Source of the DNA: Girardia tigrina
Taxonomy: Eukaryota
Direction: 5' to 3'
Assembly (NCBI GenBank): GCA_001938485.1
Contig: MQRK01178639.1
Coordinates: 1-51,103 of the forward strand
DNA length: 51,103 nt
Shown here in pieces: positions 22,913 through 35,760 of the stretch. The number at the start of each line of letters is the position of its first letter. Position 1 is the stretch's first letter. The notes under the pieces were generated by a model. The model was given only the letters and a program-made list of their open reading frames with translations, ran no database searches and was not told where the DNA came from. The translations under genes were made by a program, and so were the position numbers.

Positions 22913-25260
22913 TTGTAGGCTATTCACAGGCCACCCTCTCCCTATAGTTTTTAAAACGAGAACACAGAATTTTAAAATCCTTTATGTTTATGTTTTCATT
23001 CGACTTACAACCCTTTCTGTGTTCTGCAATATTACTCCCACCTACATTCCGACCATGTTCTTGGATTCTCTTACAAAGATGACGGGACGTCTCTCCAATG
23101 TATGTGACATTACACCCATTGCATGTAAATTTATATACGAGATCCGAACATAATCCAAATGGGGTTGGAGATTTATTACAAAACACATTTTGGATTTTAT
23201 ATGTTTGTGATATTATTTTTAAATTAAAGGCATTATTTAAACATTTCAAAATTGAACGTTGAAATTGACCAAATCCCTCTGAATATGGAATGCTTAAAAC
23301 GTATTTTAAAGTCGTTGAGTCTTCTTTAATCGGTTTATTAATAAATTTATCAATTGTTTCTTTGGTCAATTTCTCAATAATAGATTTTGAGTAACCATTT
23401 TTATTCAATAGTTTAGTGCATTGATTAATGCTATCAAAACTTTTTGTATAAGTTGATGATAATGACAAAGATCGAAAAATTAGTCCTCTAATCATATTAT
23501 ATTTGTATCGAGATTCACAAAAACTGTTTGGCGTTGTATATAACCCAGTATCAGTTTTCTTTCCGTGAATCTCAGTCTCTTTTCCTTTCAATCAGTAAAT
23601 CTAGGAAAGATAATTTACCATTATTCTCTGTTTCTGTTGTAAACTTAATATTTGAATGCAAAGAATTTAAGTATCCTAAAAATGAATCTATGTCAATTTG
23701 ATTATCGAAAATAAGAAAAATGTCATCAACATAGCGTTTATACGCTATAGGTTTTTGACCCGAAAACAAATCGATCTTATCTTCAATGCTTGATAAAAAT
23801 ATTTAAGCCAACTTTGGAGCTAAGAGAGAACACATTGCTACACCATCAACCTGCTTATACCACTCATTATTAAAAAGAAAATGAATATTAGAAGTGGCAA
23901 AACACAACAATTCACGAAATGCAACTTCATCGATAAAATGATGTTCACCAACATTATCTTTCCAAAGATTGCAACATAAATCAATCGTTTCCCTCAGAGG
24001 AACATTGGTGAAAAGACTAACAACATCAAAAGAAACCATAATTTCATTTTTGTTACTAATCTTATAATTTGAAATAAAGTCAACAAATTCAAAACTGTCT
24101 AAACAATTAGAACCCTTTTTCAGAAGGGGCTTTAATTTACCATCAAGATATTTCGCAACTTCATATTGAGATGTATTTACCATAATAATGTATTTTACCA
24201 TAATATGGGACGCAAAGGAATGCCATCTTTGTGAACTTTTGGAAGTCCATAAAGTTTAGCTGGTTGAGAACCAACTGCTTTTAAACTAATAGCTAAATTG
24301 CTATCAATATTTTTATTTTCAATTAAATTCGATTCAAATATTCATCATCTTTTACAGGTTGTAATTTTCCATCTTTCCTAAATTTACTAACTTTATCAAA
24401 TTGCGGACAATTTAAAACCTTTTCCATTTTATCAAAATAATCACAATTATTCATTACAACAAGTCCATTCCCTTTTTCAAATTTACATATCTTTACATTC
24501 TTTTTTGATAAATATTTTAAAATTATAAAAAATCTTTATTACATTGTTTTTTATTTTTTTTCCAAATATACATTCGTACTATTATTTAAAACGTGTTTAA
24601 AATATCAAAATCCACGCTTTTAAATAATTTAGCATGATTTAATGTCAAAATTGGAACATTGATTCAATTTTAGATTGAATTTTAAATTTATTTAACCTAC
24701 TTCTAATTCCATGTTCAGGACCAAATTTCAATAAATTGATCTCTTCATCTGATAATTCTACATTACTTAAATTTAAGACTGTATCTTTAACATTAAATTC
24801 AAAAACACCAAATAATTTTCTTAATGTTTTAAGTTTTTTGTTCTGTCTCAATTTTGTTACGAGAGATTTTATTAGCGTGATAATTAGAGACCATATTACA
24901 CCAATGAAGACCCAAATCACTACTTACATTATACAATGCAGATCTAACAATAGTTAGTCGTTTCACAATTTCTTTTCTTCGTTTCTTCTCTGTCTCCAGC
25001 ATTCTCCTTAGGATCTTCCGATGAATTTTGCGAATATCTTCTTTCTGTAAGCATTCATGTAATTTTCTTTTAAATATAAACGAGGGGATAATATTCTCGG
25101 CAACACAGGCAGCCAAAAAATATATTATTAATATATCCAATTCCTTTCTTCGTAACGAACAAACTAACTTCAGATATTTCTTGAATATACCGTCAAAATT
25201 AATTGTCATGAAAAATAAATGTCTATTTAAAAAATGGTGTATTTTTGTTTTTAATTAATA
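22913..25260 (-). mobile_element. Penelope-like retroelement (N-terminal domain, RT, GIY-YIG endonuclease), frameshifted
   Basis: YGLPKVHKDGIPLRP near 24220, SFDVVSLFTNVP, YKQVDGVAM, YKRYVDDIF, LSFLDLLI, and VYKFTCNGCNVTYIGETSRHLCKRIQEH. Confidence 0.92.
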
Positions 25261-25567
25261 TTATTCAATTAACAAAATAATCACTAATTTGAGTACAAAA
25301 ATTCTAAAAAGCTGAATAAGTTTTTTTGTAATATTTATTTGAGATATATTTGCTCGAACAGAGATCATGAAGACGACACTGAGCAGAAGGAAAAGTCGTA
25401 TTAGTCAGTATTGTCCATTCCAAATGAGTCGTTGTACAAACAAATTGTTTTCTCAAGGTAAAATGACATGTAATTTTTCAATCTCCGGAAGTCCTTAAAA
25501 ACAATCAAAACATTTTGACTAGTTGTTTTTTGGGAAAACAATTTTTTCATAAATTTACTTTTCGAAA

Positions 25568-25795
25568 ATGTGGAGATTTCTGGGTTTACTTGCTGCAATC
25601 GGTTCATTATTACTCGTTTTTGGTAATGATACCGGTGTGGTTCCTCGAGAGGGTGGGGGCTTTGAAGTATTAGACTGGGATGAATACGAACGAGGAAGCC
25701 GAGATTTTAATTTTGTACTTAATGTAGCAAGTAGAAGTCATGAATGTTTTTGGGAGCATCTTTTAGATGAGTCGAAAGTCTTCTTATCATTTGAA
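25568..25795 (+). CDS. TMED: p24/TMED GOLD-domain protein, exon 1
   Basis: Signal peptide then FVLNVASRSHECFWE (GOLD start); GT donor at 25796; 48-nt intron to AG at 25843. Confidence 0.85.
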
Positions 25796-25843
25796 GTATA
25801 ATGAAATTGGTATCTTAATAGAATAATTAATTTGAACTTATAG

Positions 25844-25958
25844 GTCCTGACAGGATCTCCTCGAGTTTTGGATTATTATTTTCAACATGAGAAGGGAACT
25901 TTTGTGTCTAAATACGGATTCACGTTTGACACTTTGGAAGTATCAATTAACGAAACAA
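25844..25958 (+). CDS. TMED: p24/TMED, exon 2
   Basis: In frame VLTGSPRVLDYYFQHEKG...INET; phase-1 GT donor at 25959. Confidence 0.8.
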
Positions 25959-26183
25959 GTTTTTTATTTATTTCTGATGATTTTTGTAAAGTTAATGTTA
26001 ACTTCATTCTAATTTTGTACATGTTTACGTATGAGTTTTTTAATACATTTTTATGGTGGAATATTTGTCAATATTTTGTCCCAATATGGTTTTAGAGTGT
26101 TCACTACTGTTCTCTTTTATATATAAAAGTTTTTTTACATTAATATAAATATAAAATTATTTATATGTGCATATTGATATATA

Positions 26184-27026
26184 CACTATATCCTTTTTAC
26201 GCGATTATCGTTTCCTGAATGTCATCGCGTAAAAAAATAGCGTAATAAAATATACAATTTACATTAAAATATCAATTTCGCTCCAATGTTTCGATTATTC
26301 GCGTAAAAGCGAATATCTGTATAAAAACGACGCAAATTCAGATGTACATATTTTTATTTATAACAAAAATGAAAAGTTTACAAATAAATACTTTCATCCG
26401 AACTAAAAATCATTTTTTAGCGCTTGCTTCTTACGCCATTATCAATATCGCTAGAAGATGTCACAGTTTGTATTATCTTGCGTTACAGTCTCTTATTTTG
26501 AACAATATATTCTGTAATACGCCGTTGTTTGTACAATTTTCGTCCAAGTAAATCTCTAGGAAGGATCTCGTATATTAATTTACATGCAATGGGTGCAATG
26601 CCACATACATTGGAGAGATGTCCCTTCATCTCTGTAGGAGAATCCAAGAACACGGTCGAAATGTTGGTGGGAGTAATATTACAGAACACAGAAAGGGTTG
26701 TAATTCAAACGAAAATATAAACATAATTAATTTTAAAATTCTGTGTTCTCGGTTTAAGGACTATTGGAGGGTGGCCTGTGAAGCATTTTATATCAGATCT
26801 TTAGATCCTAAGATAAATGTGCAAACGGGTTTTCAAAAACCCTATTGAGCGTGTTTAGATGACATAACAATCAATTGATGACATAATCACTGCTTGCCTA
26901 TATAAGCTGATTTAAAATTTTTTATACTGAAGTCGCGTAAAAGTGAAAAAAAATTGCATTAAAAAAGAATTTGTACCGCAATATCAAGTTGCGTAAAAGT
27001 GAATTCGCGTAAAAAATGATAAAGTG
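26184..27026. mobile_element. Tc1/pogo-type MITE with ~21-bp TIRs and TA flanks
   Basis: TA|cactatatcctttttacgcga ... tcgcgtaaaaaatgataaagtg|TA, with repeated internal cgcgtaaaa motifs. Confidence 0.7.
26520..26930 (+). mobile_element. Penelope-like GIY-YIG 3' fragment nested in the MITE
   Basis: HLCRRIQEHGRNVGGSNITEHRKGC...ACEAFYIRSLDPKINVQ, nearly identical to the 22920-23160 element. Confidence 0.85.
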
Positions 27027-27606
27027 TAATTTAAAAGTATAATCACCGAAAAAAGGATTCGGATAAATGGGAAAACATTTTTTTTATAATATGATTTATG
27101 TTATTTCTACAGCTTCTGGAACAAAATGCTCTAAATATCTTTGAAAAAGAATCTTCAACCGAAATGTAACAAACACTAAATTGAACAGATCAAGAACAGC
27201 TGTATCAAATAAAATTAATTTATTAGTAAACGAAAATACTTACCGACATTTTGATCCAATAGTTCAAGCCATCGGCAACCTTTAAAGGACATGATCCTTG
27301 TAAGAGGATTCCATAATAATAAACTAACAATTTCAAATATATATTTATTATTTAAAATTACACGCGTTGTAATAATATTAAAACAAATTCAAGAAATTAA
27401 TTTGAATATTCTGGATACATTATTGTAATATATTTAGTATAATAAAGATAATATAAATATCATATAATTATTTATCCTTACAATCCTCAAAAGGTTTAAA
27501 AAAGCAATATCATGTGGTGAAAGTTTTAACTTATTTATTCATTGAAATAAGTATTTTTCATTATTGTTAAAAAATAAATTTATAAATTAAATATATATAT
27601 ATATGT

Positions 27607-28010
27607 ATACAGAGGTTACAAAAATGATGAAGAAACCCTGAAAAATCAACGAAATATTTTTTAATTTTGAGTGGGTTTATCTTTTGCGGTGGTTTTATCT
27701 TAAATTCTTTCAGATATTGATTCATGCAAACTGTGAATGTTTTCCAAAGGAATATTAACTCAATCTACAGTTAAAATACCCTCCAGATTTTTTAGAGATG
27801 ATGGTATCGATGATTGACTTATTAACAATTATAGCTGTATGGATTGGTGCACTATCATCTTGAAAGATGGTGTTCCCCTTCGGAACCAGTTCTTGAACCA
27901 TTGGAAGAACTTGCTCGCCTAAAATTCCAAAACTATATCGGTAGTTAATTCTTCCATGAATGAAAACCATTAGGCCAAAGGACTCACAAGAAATAGCATT
28001 TCTGATCATT
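27607..28010 (-). mobile_element. Tc1-like DDE transposase fragment
   Basis: TIFQDDSAPIHTA motif; a TA-CAG-type terminus near 27607. Confidence 0.7.
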
Positions 28011-28049
28011 ACAAAATCTGACATATTTTACAATTTTAAAATTTTTACA

Positions 28050-30377
28050 ACTTTACACGTAAAGATCCACACTTCGACGTCCTTTCAGTTCTTTATAATT
28101 TATCTTAAACTTTGATATCTTCAATATTTCCGTTTTACCATTTAGTTTCTTATCATCTTGAGTTGTCATACTATTACACTGTTCTCGATTTACAATATCT
28201 TCGAATTCAAATTCGCACATCTCTTGAGGAATATTTCCATCCGTAAAATCAAACATACAATCACACACACAATCATACATACAATCAAACATACATTATA
28301 ATTGTGAGGAATATTTTAAATTTGGTATGTTGAAATTGGTTTGTTGCATTTTGTATGTTGAGTTTAGTATTTGGAAATGTGTTTCTCCCACCCAGATGGA
28401 AAATTGATATTTTGGATGTTCACGATAAATAATTATTCAAGTATAATTTATATAATTTAAATTTTAATTTATATTTTAAAGTACAACATAAGATATTTAA
28501 AAACATTAAAAATATTAAATATTTTCAAATCTTCATATTAAAATTTAAATAAAATAAANNNNNNNNNNNNNNNNNNNNNNNNNNNNNNNNNNNNNNNNNN
28601 NNNNNNNNNNNNNNNNNNNNNNNNNNNNNNNNNNNNNNNNNNNNNNNNNNNNNNNNNNNNNNNNNNNNNNNNNNNNNNNNNNATCAATTTAGAACGATGT
28701 CGAATGACGAGAGTTTCGCTGAGAGTTGTCCAAAAGACAATTCTGATTGTAATGAAAATAAAAGTTTGAAAAGCCATGTTGGTGTTCTTAATAATAATTA
28801 ACATAATTTTTTTTACATTGGTTTTCTAATGAAGCACACTGATCACCTCTCCTTGTGATCGTGAGTCCTCGTTTTCCTGTTCATCTCCGGATCTTCTTTT
28901 ACCTCTAGAATAATCTCTTGCTGTATTCTATTCTCTTCTATCAGACATTTCTGATCTCCTGTCCATTTCATCATCCCTGTCGCCTAACTCAGTCAAGTAT
29001 TGTTTCTTATTCATATATTCCGGCCGTTCTCTATATCTCTGATTAGAATAATCTCTCCTGTCATTCCAATGATTTCTATTATTGTCCCATTTCCGTTGAT
29101 CACGTTCTTTAAACCTATTTGGGTTTTCATAACATTGTGTTCGTAGGTGTCATTTTCTTTGACAGTGGCTACACTTAACGTTTGGACATTCTCTTCTAAC
29201 ATGACCTTCCTCATGGCATACCCAACAAATTATTTTTCTGACTATAATTTCGACTTGTACCGTCTCTCTTTACTTCGTCGTTCCGTGGTTTGGTGTTCAT
29301 CTTTTATTCGCCACAGTTTTCCAATCGTTTTCTTTCCTTGTTTTCTATGCTGCAATCGGTGAATTTCTTTTATTTTTCCCGTATTCATACATCCTCATTT
29401 GTATGTTTTCGATCCCCTCTGCCTTTGTTACACATTGAATCGCTATCTCTTGATCGACGTTATCGTCGTCAATTATATTAGCATAGACCAAGTTTGATAG
29501 TTCTTTCTTACCAAACTTTTTCTCCACTAATTTTTCGATTATCTCATCTGTTTTGCGGAACGCAAGTGACGGGTCACCGCAACCTACTCTTAACTCTATG
29601 AGATCTTTCATCAAATCCAAAATAGATTTCTCTTTTGAAAATGCTGCCTGCATTTTCTCTTCGCAAGTACTCCCTGAGGCCTTTTTGTATCTCAGAATCG
29701 CATCTGGAGTCAAGTAGGGTGTTACCAGTAGGATTTTTCTCTCCTCTAATAATCCCATAATTTTTGAATACCTGTTAAAACTTATCAGGAATTCTTCTAA
29801 TTTGTGCTCGGATCCATCGAATGTTTCTGGACCTTTGATGTTCGGAGTCACGTGGTGTGAAGTTGCCATGTTAAGAGAACTCACACATTTGACAGAACAT
29901 TTATTACATTCACATTTCTTATCATCTTTATAATGATCAATAGTATTGCTTTCGAGCGCGCGCAGTCGCGTCCCCCGCTGCTCAACAACAACAACTACCC
30001 CGCCGATCCATCACTCAATTTTCAATATCTCTCATTATAATCTGAACTATACTTGATAAAATTATTTTATTAAAACATATTTAATTTAAATTTTATTGGC
30101 TTAAATAAAATATTTCTATAGTCATTTTTAAACATTAATTTGATTTTAATTATTTAAAAATTTACAAAAATAAAATCAATAAAATTATTTAAAAGTTGCA
30201 ATAGTAAAAATTAAAAATTTGAATATTAAATCTAAATTTAAATAAATTAGTTTCAGATTATAAGAATTAAAATATTGATCATCCATCTGATTAGGAGAGG
30301 CACAATCCCAAATCAACACACAACATTTAAACATGCAAACACTACAAAAAACAATTACACACCAAATATTCCTCACA
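28050..30377 (-). mobile_element. Truncated Ty3/gypsy element: 5' LTR 29869-30377, PBS, gag with zinc knuckles, start of pol
   Basis: LTR starts TGTGAGGAATATT and ends TCTTAACA, followed by TGGCAAC; gag MATSHHVTPNIKGPETFDG; CCHC knuckles at ~29130-29240. Confidence 0.8.
28303..28793 (+). mobile_element. Solo LTR with 5-bp TSD ATAAT
   Basis: ataat|TGTGAGGAATATT...GGTGTTCTTAATA|ataat. Confidence 0.85.
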
Positions 30378-30399
30378 ATTGGAAAAACCAATTTTGGAA

Positions 30400-32380
30400 T
30401 CTTGGTCTTGCAAGAGTTCATAGTCTTGAAATTTTAAAACCCAAATAGTCTATATTCAAATTTCAGTAAGACAATTTTGTTTTTAGTACAACGTAGGGTG
30501 CATCTGTAATGAAAAAAATTAGTACATTGTCAAAAATTTGACATCGATTTTGCTTTGTCCATAGACCTCAATTGGAAGTATCAGATGTTCTGTATAAAAA
30601 AAATCTTATTTTAATAACACGAAAGATGAACATCTATTTTCTGGATGTTTAAATAAAGATGAATCATCAAATAAAGAAGATAAGAATTATGAAGGGACGT
30701 TTTTTGTACCTGATGAAACAGTAGAAGTCGTTGTGTTGAAAATGAATCCTTATATTGATCCATTGCAAAAATTCGTAAGATTTTAAAAATGTTCCGGAAA
30801 TCTCCGACCAAAAATGATTTTCTTCAAAAATATGTTACATCCTAATCAGGAGTATATTCTGTTTGATATACTTGACAAATTTCAAAAATTATATCATTGT
30901 GTTAGAAACACTTTGTTAGATTTAAACGTTGATTTAAACTTTTTTGTAGATGAATTGAAGCTGTTGAGCGAACTAATGCATGTTTCACAACCATAAAAAA
31001 TTGCAGTTCAGACTCTTTGTTCTCCAAGTACAAATTTACTGACCGTGGTCACCATTTTAAAGTTCATGGTGAAGGAATTATCTAAACAAAATAATTGGTT
31101 AAAAAATTAACTAAAAGATAGTTTGGTTCAACAGATTGATGAAAGACGAACAATATTCTCAGATTTATTGGCTTTCTTACATTAGCCAGACAGTTATATA
31201 AGTGACGACGTTTAAAATTTTAAATCTTCAATAAAAAGCCGAAGACATATTTAACAAAACATATTCTTGAATTGATGGCACGTTTATATCCAGTGGAAAA
31301 AAAGTTAAATTCTGCTGGGGATTTACCAGGTAAAATCATTAACAGTCCAGTGACAGCGCATGCATCTGAATCAGAAAATTTGTCAATGAAGGAAAAATTG
31401 CATTTAATGATTCTGTGAGGAATATTTGAATGTTTGATATTTTGTGTTTGAATGTGTATGTTGATTTGGAATTGTGTCTCTCCTGCCCAGATGGATGATT
31501 AATAATTTAATTCTTATTATCTACAAATATGTAATGTTTAAATTTATTTTTTAATTTAAATTAATTTTAAAATTTTAAATAAGTTAATTTATTTTTATAA
31601 TATTTAATAAATAAATCAAATTAATATTTTTAAATAATTAATAATCATTTTAATTATTATCCAATAAGTTTTGAGTAAATATTTTAATAAAATATTTATT
31701 TCCCTATTTACTAAAAAAATAATGAGAATTAATTCATTAATCAATTTCGTTTAGAATGCAAATGTACGAAAGTTTTGACAAAGATTGTTTTGAGGACAAT
31801 CAAAATTGTTGTTTAAATAAAAATATAAAAAGTCAAATTGGTGTTCTTAATAGATTCAAAGAAACATTTCTTTAAATCATAGAATTTAAGCTTAAAGGCT
31901 CCAACAAAATATCAAAACAACCTCAAAACAGAAATAAAACTGTTTATGGAGCAAAATACCAGTGAAAAACATTTGGAATTTTCACATCTATTGACAATTG
32001 ATCCATCAAGTGTTGAAGCAGAGAGAGTCTTTTTTGCAGTGGGTTTGTTTTGTGCCAAAATAAGATTCAGAATGAATGACTCTACTTTGGATTGTTTGTG
32101 CTTCTTGCCTCAAATTTTTTGAATCTATATATTTATTTAATCAGCTTTTTATCATCTTCTTGTGATAATATTTTTTGAACCAAAAGTATTAATTAATTAG
32201 TTTTTGAATAATTAGATGGTCTTGCCCTTATAAACTTAAGATTAATAGAAAAAATACCGTCATTTTTATAATATATCAAAATACATGAACGGTTGTTAAA
32301 CAGTTTTCATGACCCATACCGGTATTACCGGTATTACAAAGTTTAGCGAGAAACCAATACCGGTAATACAGGTAATATCC
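30400..32380 (+). mobile_element. Decayed hAT transposon
   Basis: TT*GASVMKK near 30490; dimerisation domain PSSVEAERVFFAVGLFCAKIRFRMNDSTLDCLCFL at 32000-32107; subterminal ataccggta repeats at 32316-32376. Confidence 0.8.
31414..31852 (+). mobile_element. Solo LTR with 5-bp TSD GATTC, inserted in the hAT element
   Basis: gattc|TGTGAGGAATATT...GGTGTTCTTAATA|gattc. Confidence 0.88.
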
Positions 32381-32734
32381 TTCTTCCAAAATACACTTAA
32401 TTGACCTATGAAGATGTGCAATGTCAATAACAATAACAATAATTTCTTGAAAAATGGATTCTGCCTTTCCAAAACATTGTCTTGATAATTCAATAACATC
32501 TTCTTTTGTAAAAATACCTCTCTTAAGTTGATGATAAAGAAATCCCTTTGTTTTTGTTGTTCAAAATCTTTAACATATAGAAATACTGAACTCAAATTAT
32601 TCTTTATTAAATCTTTGACGAATGTTTAAACTTTTCTAAATAATTAATTTTTCAAAGATAGCTTTTATTTTAAATATCTTCAGTTCCATGACAAAAATGT
32701 TGTATAAATTATAACAATAAATTTTATTGCATAG

Positions 32735-32895
32735 GTGAATGGAAATTTTGTTTTGCCAATATTTACAATGAGGACAAACAGTTATATGTTTATGGGTCAT
32801 TTTACCATCCATTTTCCATCGGACCGACTAAAGAGGAGCGTAACAAAACCAAGCTGGCAAAGATCTCCATATCTGACAAATCAAGAAGACTTATG
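32735..32895 (+). CDS. TMED: p24/TMED, exon 3
   Basis: AG acceptor at 32733-34; (S)EWKFCFANIYNEDKQLYV is the GOLD xYxFCFxN motif; GT donor at 32896. Confidence 0.85.
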
Positions 32896-33764
32896 GTAGG
32901 AGCTTTGAGATTTTGTAAATAAAACTAAATATTGTCACGATAACTATTTGAAAATGCTTGCTAGAGTCACTGTGTTTATTTTACCCTTAATTTTCAAGTT
33001 TAATGCTTTAAAAAATATATAATTAATCTATTAAGTTTCTTGTGATTAAAAGGTCTGAAAGGACCAGGAGGTTGGTTGAGAGAGTTGTTTATGACAGAGA
33101 TATTTTACTGATCTATTAGAATGTTTCTTGAATATTTCTTTTGTCGAAGTTTTGTATCAATCATAACAACTTTTATCTGATCAGATATTTTTGGTCAATC
33201 AATTGGATCTTCTTCGACAAGAGGTTTACAGTGATGACATTTTTATTAGAAATAAATTCTACAAGAATATCTTCTTTAGTTTATATTTTCTTAACAAATA
33301 TTATTGATAATGATAGGATATTACAGATTTTAGAAATTATGTAAAGTGAAATTTAAAATTTTTAAACCCCTTGTAATACAAATGAGAAACCCCCTTTTCA
33401 AGTCAAGTACCTTTTATGATACACCCAGCCCTTCTGATACGGTCTCTTATCACTTCAAAAATAATGCTACGGAAATGTTTGGAATAATTTGTATCAGTAA
33501 ATTTAAGGAATTGCAATATTTACTGACTTTTACAGATTGGTTTTGCATACCACTCCTCACTTCCTAACTTTAAAAAAATTCACCATTATATTCAGAATTA
33601 TCCGGATCAACGATCTCTTCATTGTATGGATTGTGCAACAATTTATTAGGATTATTCAGAAAGTATGATATGTTTTGACTCTATACGGTCCCCATCCCCT
33701 CCCCCTAAAACGCTTCGTACCGAAAACGTGACCACCCTCCTTAGGGCTTTACGTAATTTATGAA

Positions 33765-34219
33765 CAATCGGTAGTAGCGACGGGTGGTGTGTACAAAGGG
33801 CATGGACGTAATCAGCGCAAGCTAGTGACTTGCGCTTACTAGAAATTCCTCGTTCAAGTGGGATAATTTCAATCCACTATTCCTGATACGACAGTGATTC
33901 AGCAGGTTACCCGGCCATTTCTAGCTAGGAATAAAACTCGATGGTACTGCTATAGTAGCGCGCCTGCGGCCCCGGACATCTAAGGACATCACAGACCTGT
34001 TATTGCTCCATTTCACTTAGCTAAACGCTATTTATTCTTCTAAGAAGTCAGCATTTGCGATTTAACACAAATGTACTATTTAGCAGGTGAGAGTCTCGTT
34101 CGTTAACGGAATTAACCAGACAAATCGCTCCACCAACTAAGAACGGCCATGCATCACCACCCACCGAATCAAGAAAGAGCTATCAATCTGTCAATCCTCA
34201 CAGTGTCCGGATCGGGTGA
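33765..34219 (-). pseudogene. 18S: 18S rRNA pseudogene fragment (3' part), animal-like
   Basis: Reverse complement of conserved SSU blocks (gtagtagcgacggg.ggtgtgtacaaaggg; catcacagacctgttattgc; cggaattaaccagacaaatc; aagaaagagctatcaatctgtcaatcc). Several universal positions are mutated and no flanking rDNA is present. Confidence 0.93.
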
Positions 34220-34550
34220 ATAAAGATTATGTTACAAATAAACAGCACAAGCAAATAAAGATGCATTTTCCAATAGTCAGCTTATGGATTATATTGTTGA
34301 ACACGAAGTAGGAATTGATTTTCGGAAAAACATTTTTTTACATTACTTGTTTAAAATAGAAATATTTATAAAAAATAAATCAGAATTTATATTTAAAATC
34401 AATGATAATCAAAAAAAATTATTTGAAAAAAAAGAATGTTTAACATTGTCGAGTCGTATAAATATTCGATTTATTTATTTATTATTTCATTTATTTATTT
34501 ATTATTTTTAGTTACTCTTTATGATACTTTGATATACCGTATTTTCAAAG

Positions 34551-34787
34551 GCAAGTTTAGAAAATATTGAAGTACAATCTCTGAAGATACAGCAGCTGAC
34601 TTCCCAAACTAAAAGTCATGAGTCGGTTGACGCAATATCCCAAGAGCTCAGCCAGTATTTCATCATCAAATGGGCGATATTCCAAGTGCTCGTCATAATT
34701 GCAGTAGGAATGGGTCAGGTTTATTTCATTCGAAATTGGTTTGGTGTTCCAGAAGAGAAGAAATCATTCACCGCTAATATGTTTTAA
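34551..34787 (+). CDS. TMED: p24/TMED, exon 4 (coiled coil, TM, cytosolic tail)
   Basis: ASLENIEVQSLKIQQ...KWAIFQVLVIIAVGMGQVYFIRNWF...*; the spliced product is 246 aa with all phases compatible. Confidence 0.88.
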   Translation, partial: ASLENIEVQSLKIQQLTSQTKSHESVDAISQELSQYFIIKWAIFQVLVIIAVGMGQVYFIRNWFGVPEEKKSFTANMF

Positions 34788-35039
34788 TGATAAATACTAA
34801 AGTTTATATTTGTTATAGTATAAAATATTGGATGTTCATATGCAGCTTATGTCTTAGTAGTTTTAGAATGTGTGGAAAAGTATTAAAAATATTTTTTTTA
34901 AGTTTTGTTTCTTGGTTATCCTATCTTCGATTGCCGTGGAATATGATAATAGATTTCTCATTAATTTAATTTTCAAGCTCTAATGTTAACATTTTGTTAA
35001 AATAAAATGTTACAGCAACTCTCAATTATATTAAATGAA

Positions 35040-35760
35040 GAATTAGGTTTGACAAATATGTTCATAGGTCATTTTCAATTACAGAGCATCATTGACTGAT
35101 GATTATTTTTGTTAGTGAGCGGTTTAAGTTTAGAGCGTTTAGAGCATTTAAGAAGAGTATTTGTAGAACTATAAGTAGTGCTAAATTAGTCTCTGTCACA
35201 TCCAAAGTTCAAAGTTTCCTCTCAAACAAATCGAAAACAGTTTGTGATTTGCAAGCTAATCTGGTATATAAATTTAATTGTCACGGGTGTCAAAACTCGT
35301 ACATCGGAAAGACAAATCGTCATCTCAAAACCCGGATTAGCGAGCACTCGCAAATGAGACGATCGAGTAAGGTTCTTGATCATTGGTTATGTTGTAAGAA
35401 TAGAAACTCATCCATTTCAAAAGATGAGTTTTCTGTTCTACAAAAGGGTTTTGATTCACATTACGAACGACAGTTTTGTAAATCTCTACTAGTAAGACAC
35501 TACAACCCATCAATTAACATTCAGAATGGGCAAAGTAAAGTTATTTCAATACTTAAAATTTTTAATTAAAATATTTTTGCCATTATTACCCAATAATATT
35601 TTAATAAATAATAATGTTTAATTTTTTGTTACCTTTTAAAGTAAATTATATCTATTAAAATTGTATTATTCAAACAATTCAATATTCATATACTAAACAT
35701 TCGAAAATTGTTGATGATGATGTATGTAAACATCGAAACATGTCCAATAATTATATAAAA
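35040..35760 (+). mobile_element. Penelope-like 3' fragment (GIY-YIG ORF 35099-35569 plus 3' region)
   Basis: LVYKFNCHGCQNSYIGKTNRHLKTRISEH...NPSINIQ. Confidence 0.88.
35707..35748 (+). ncRNA. Minimal type I hammerhead ribozyme motif (C3U variant) of a Penelope-like element
   Basis: attg-TTGATGA-t-gatgt(atgtaa)acatc-GAAA-catg-TC-caat: stem I, core, stem II, palindromic stem III and cleavage triplet. Confidence 0.7.
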
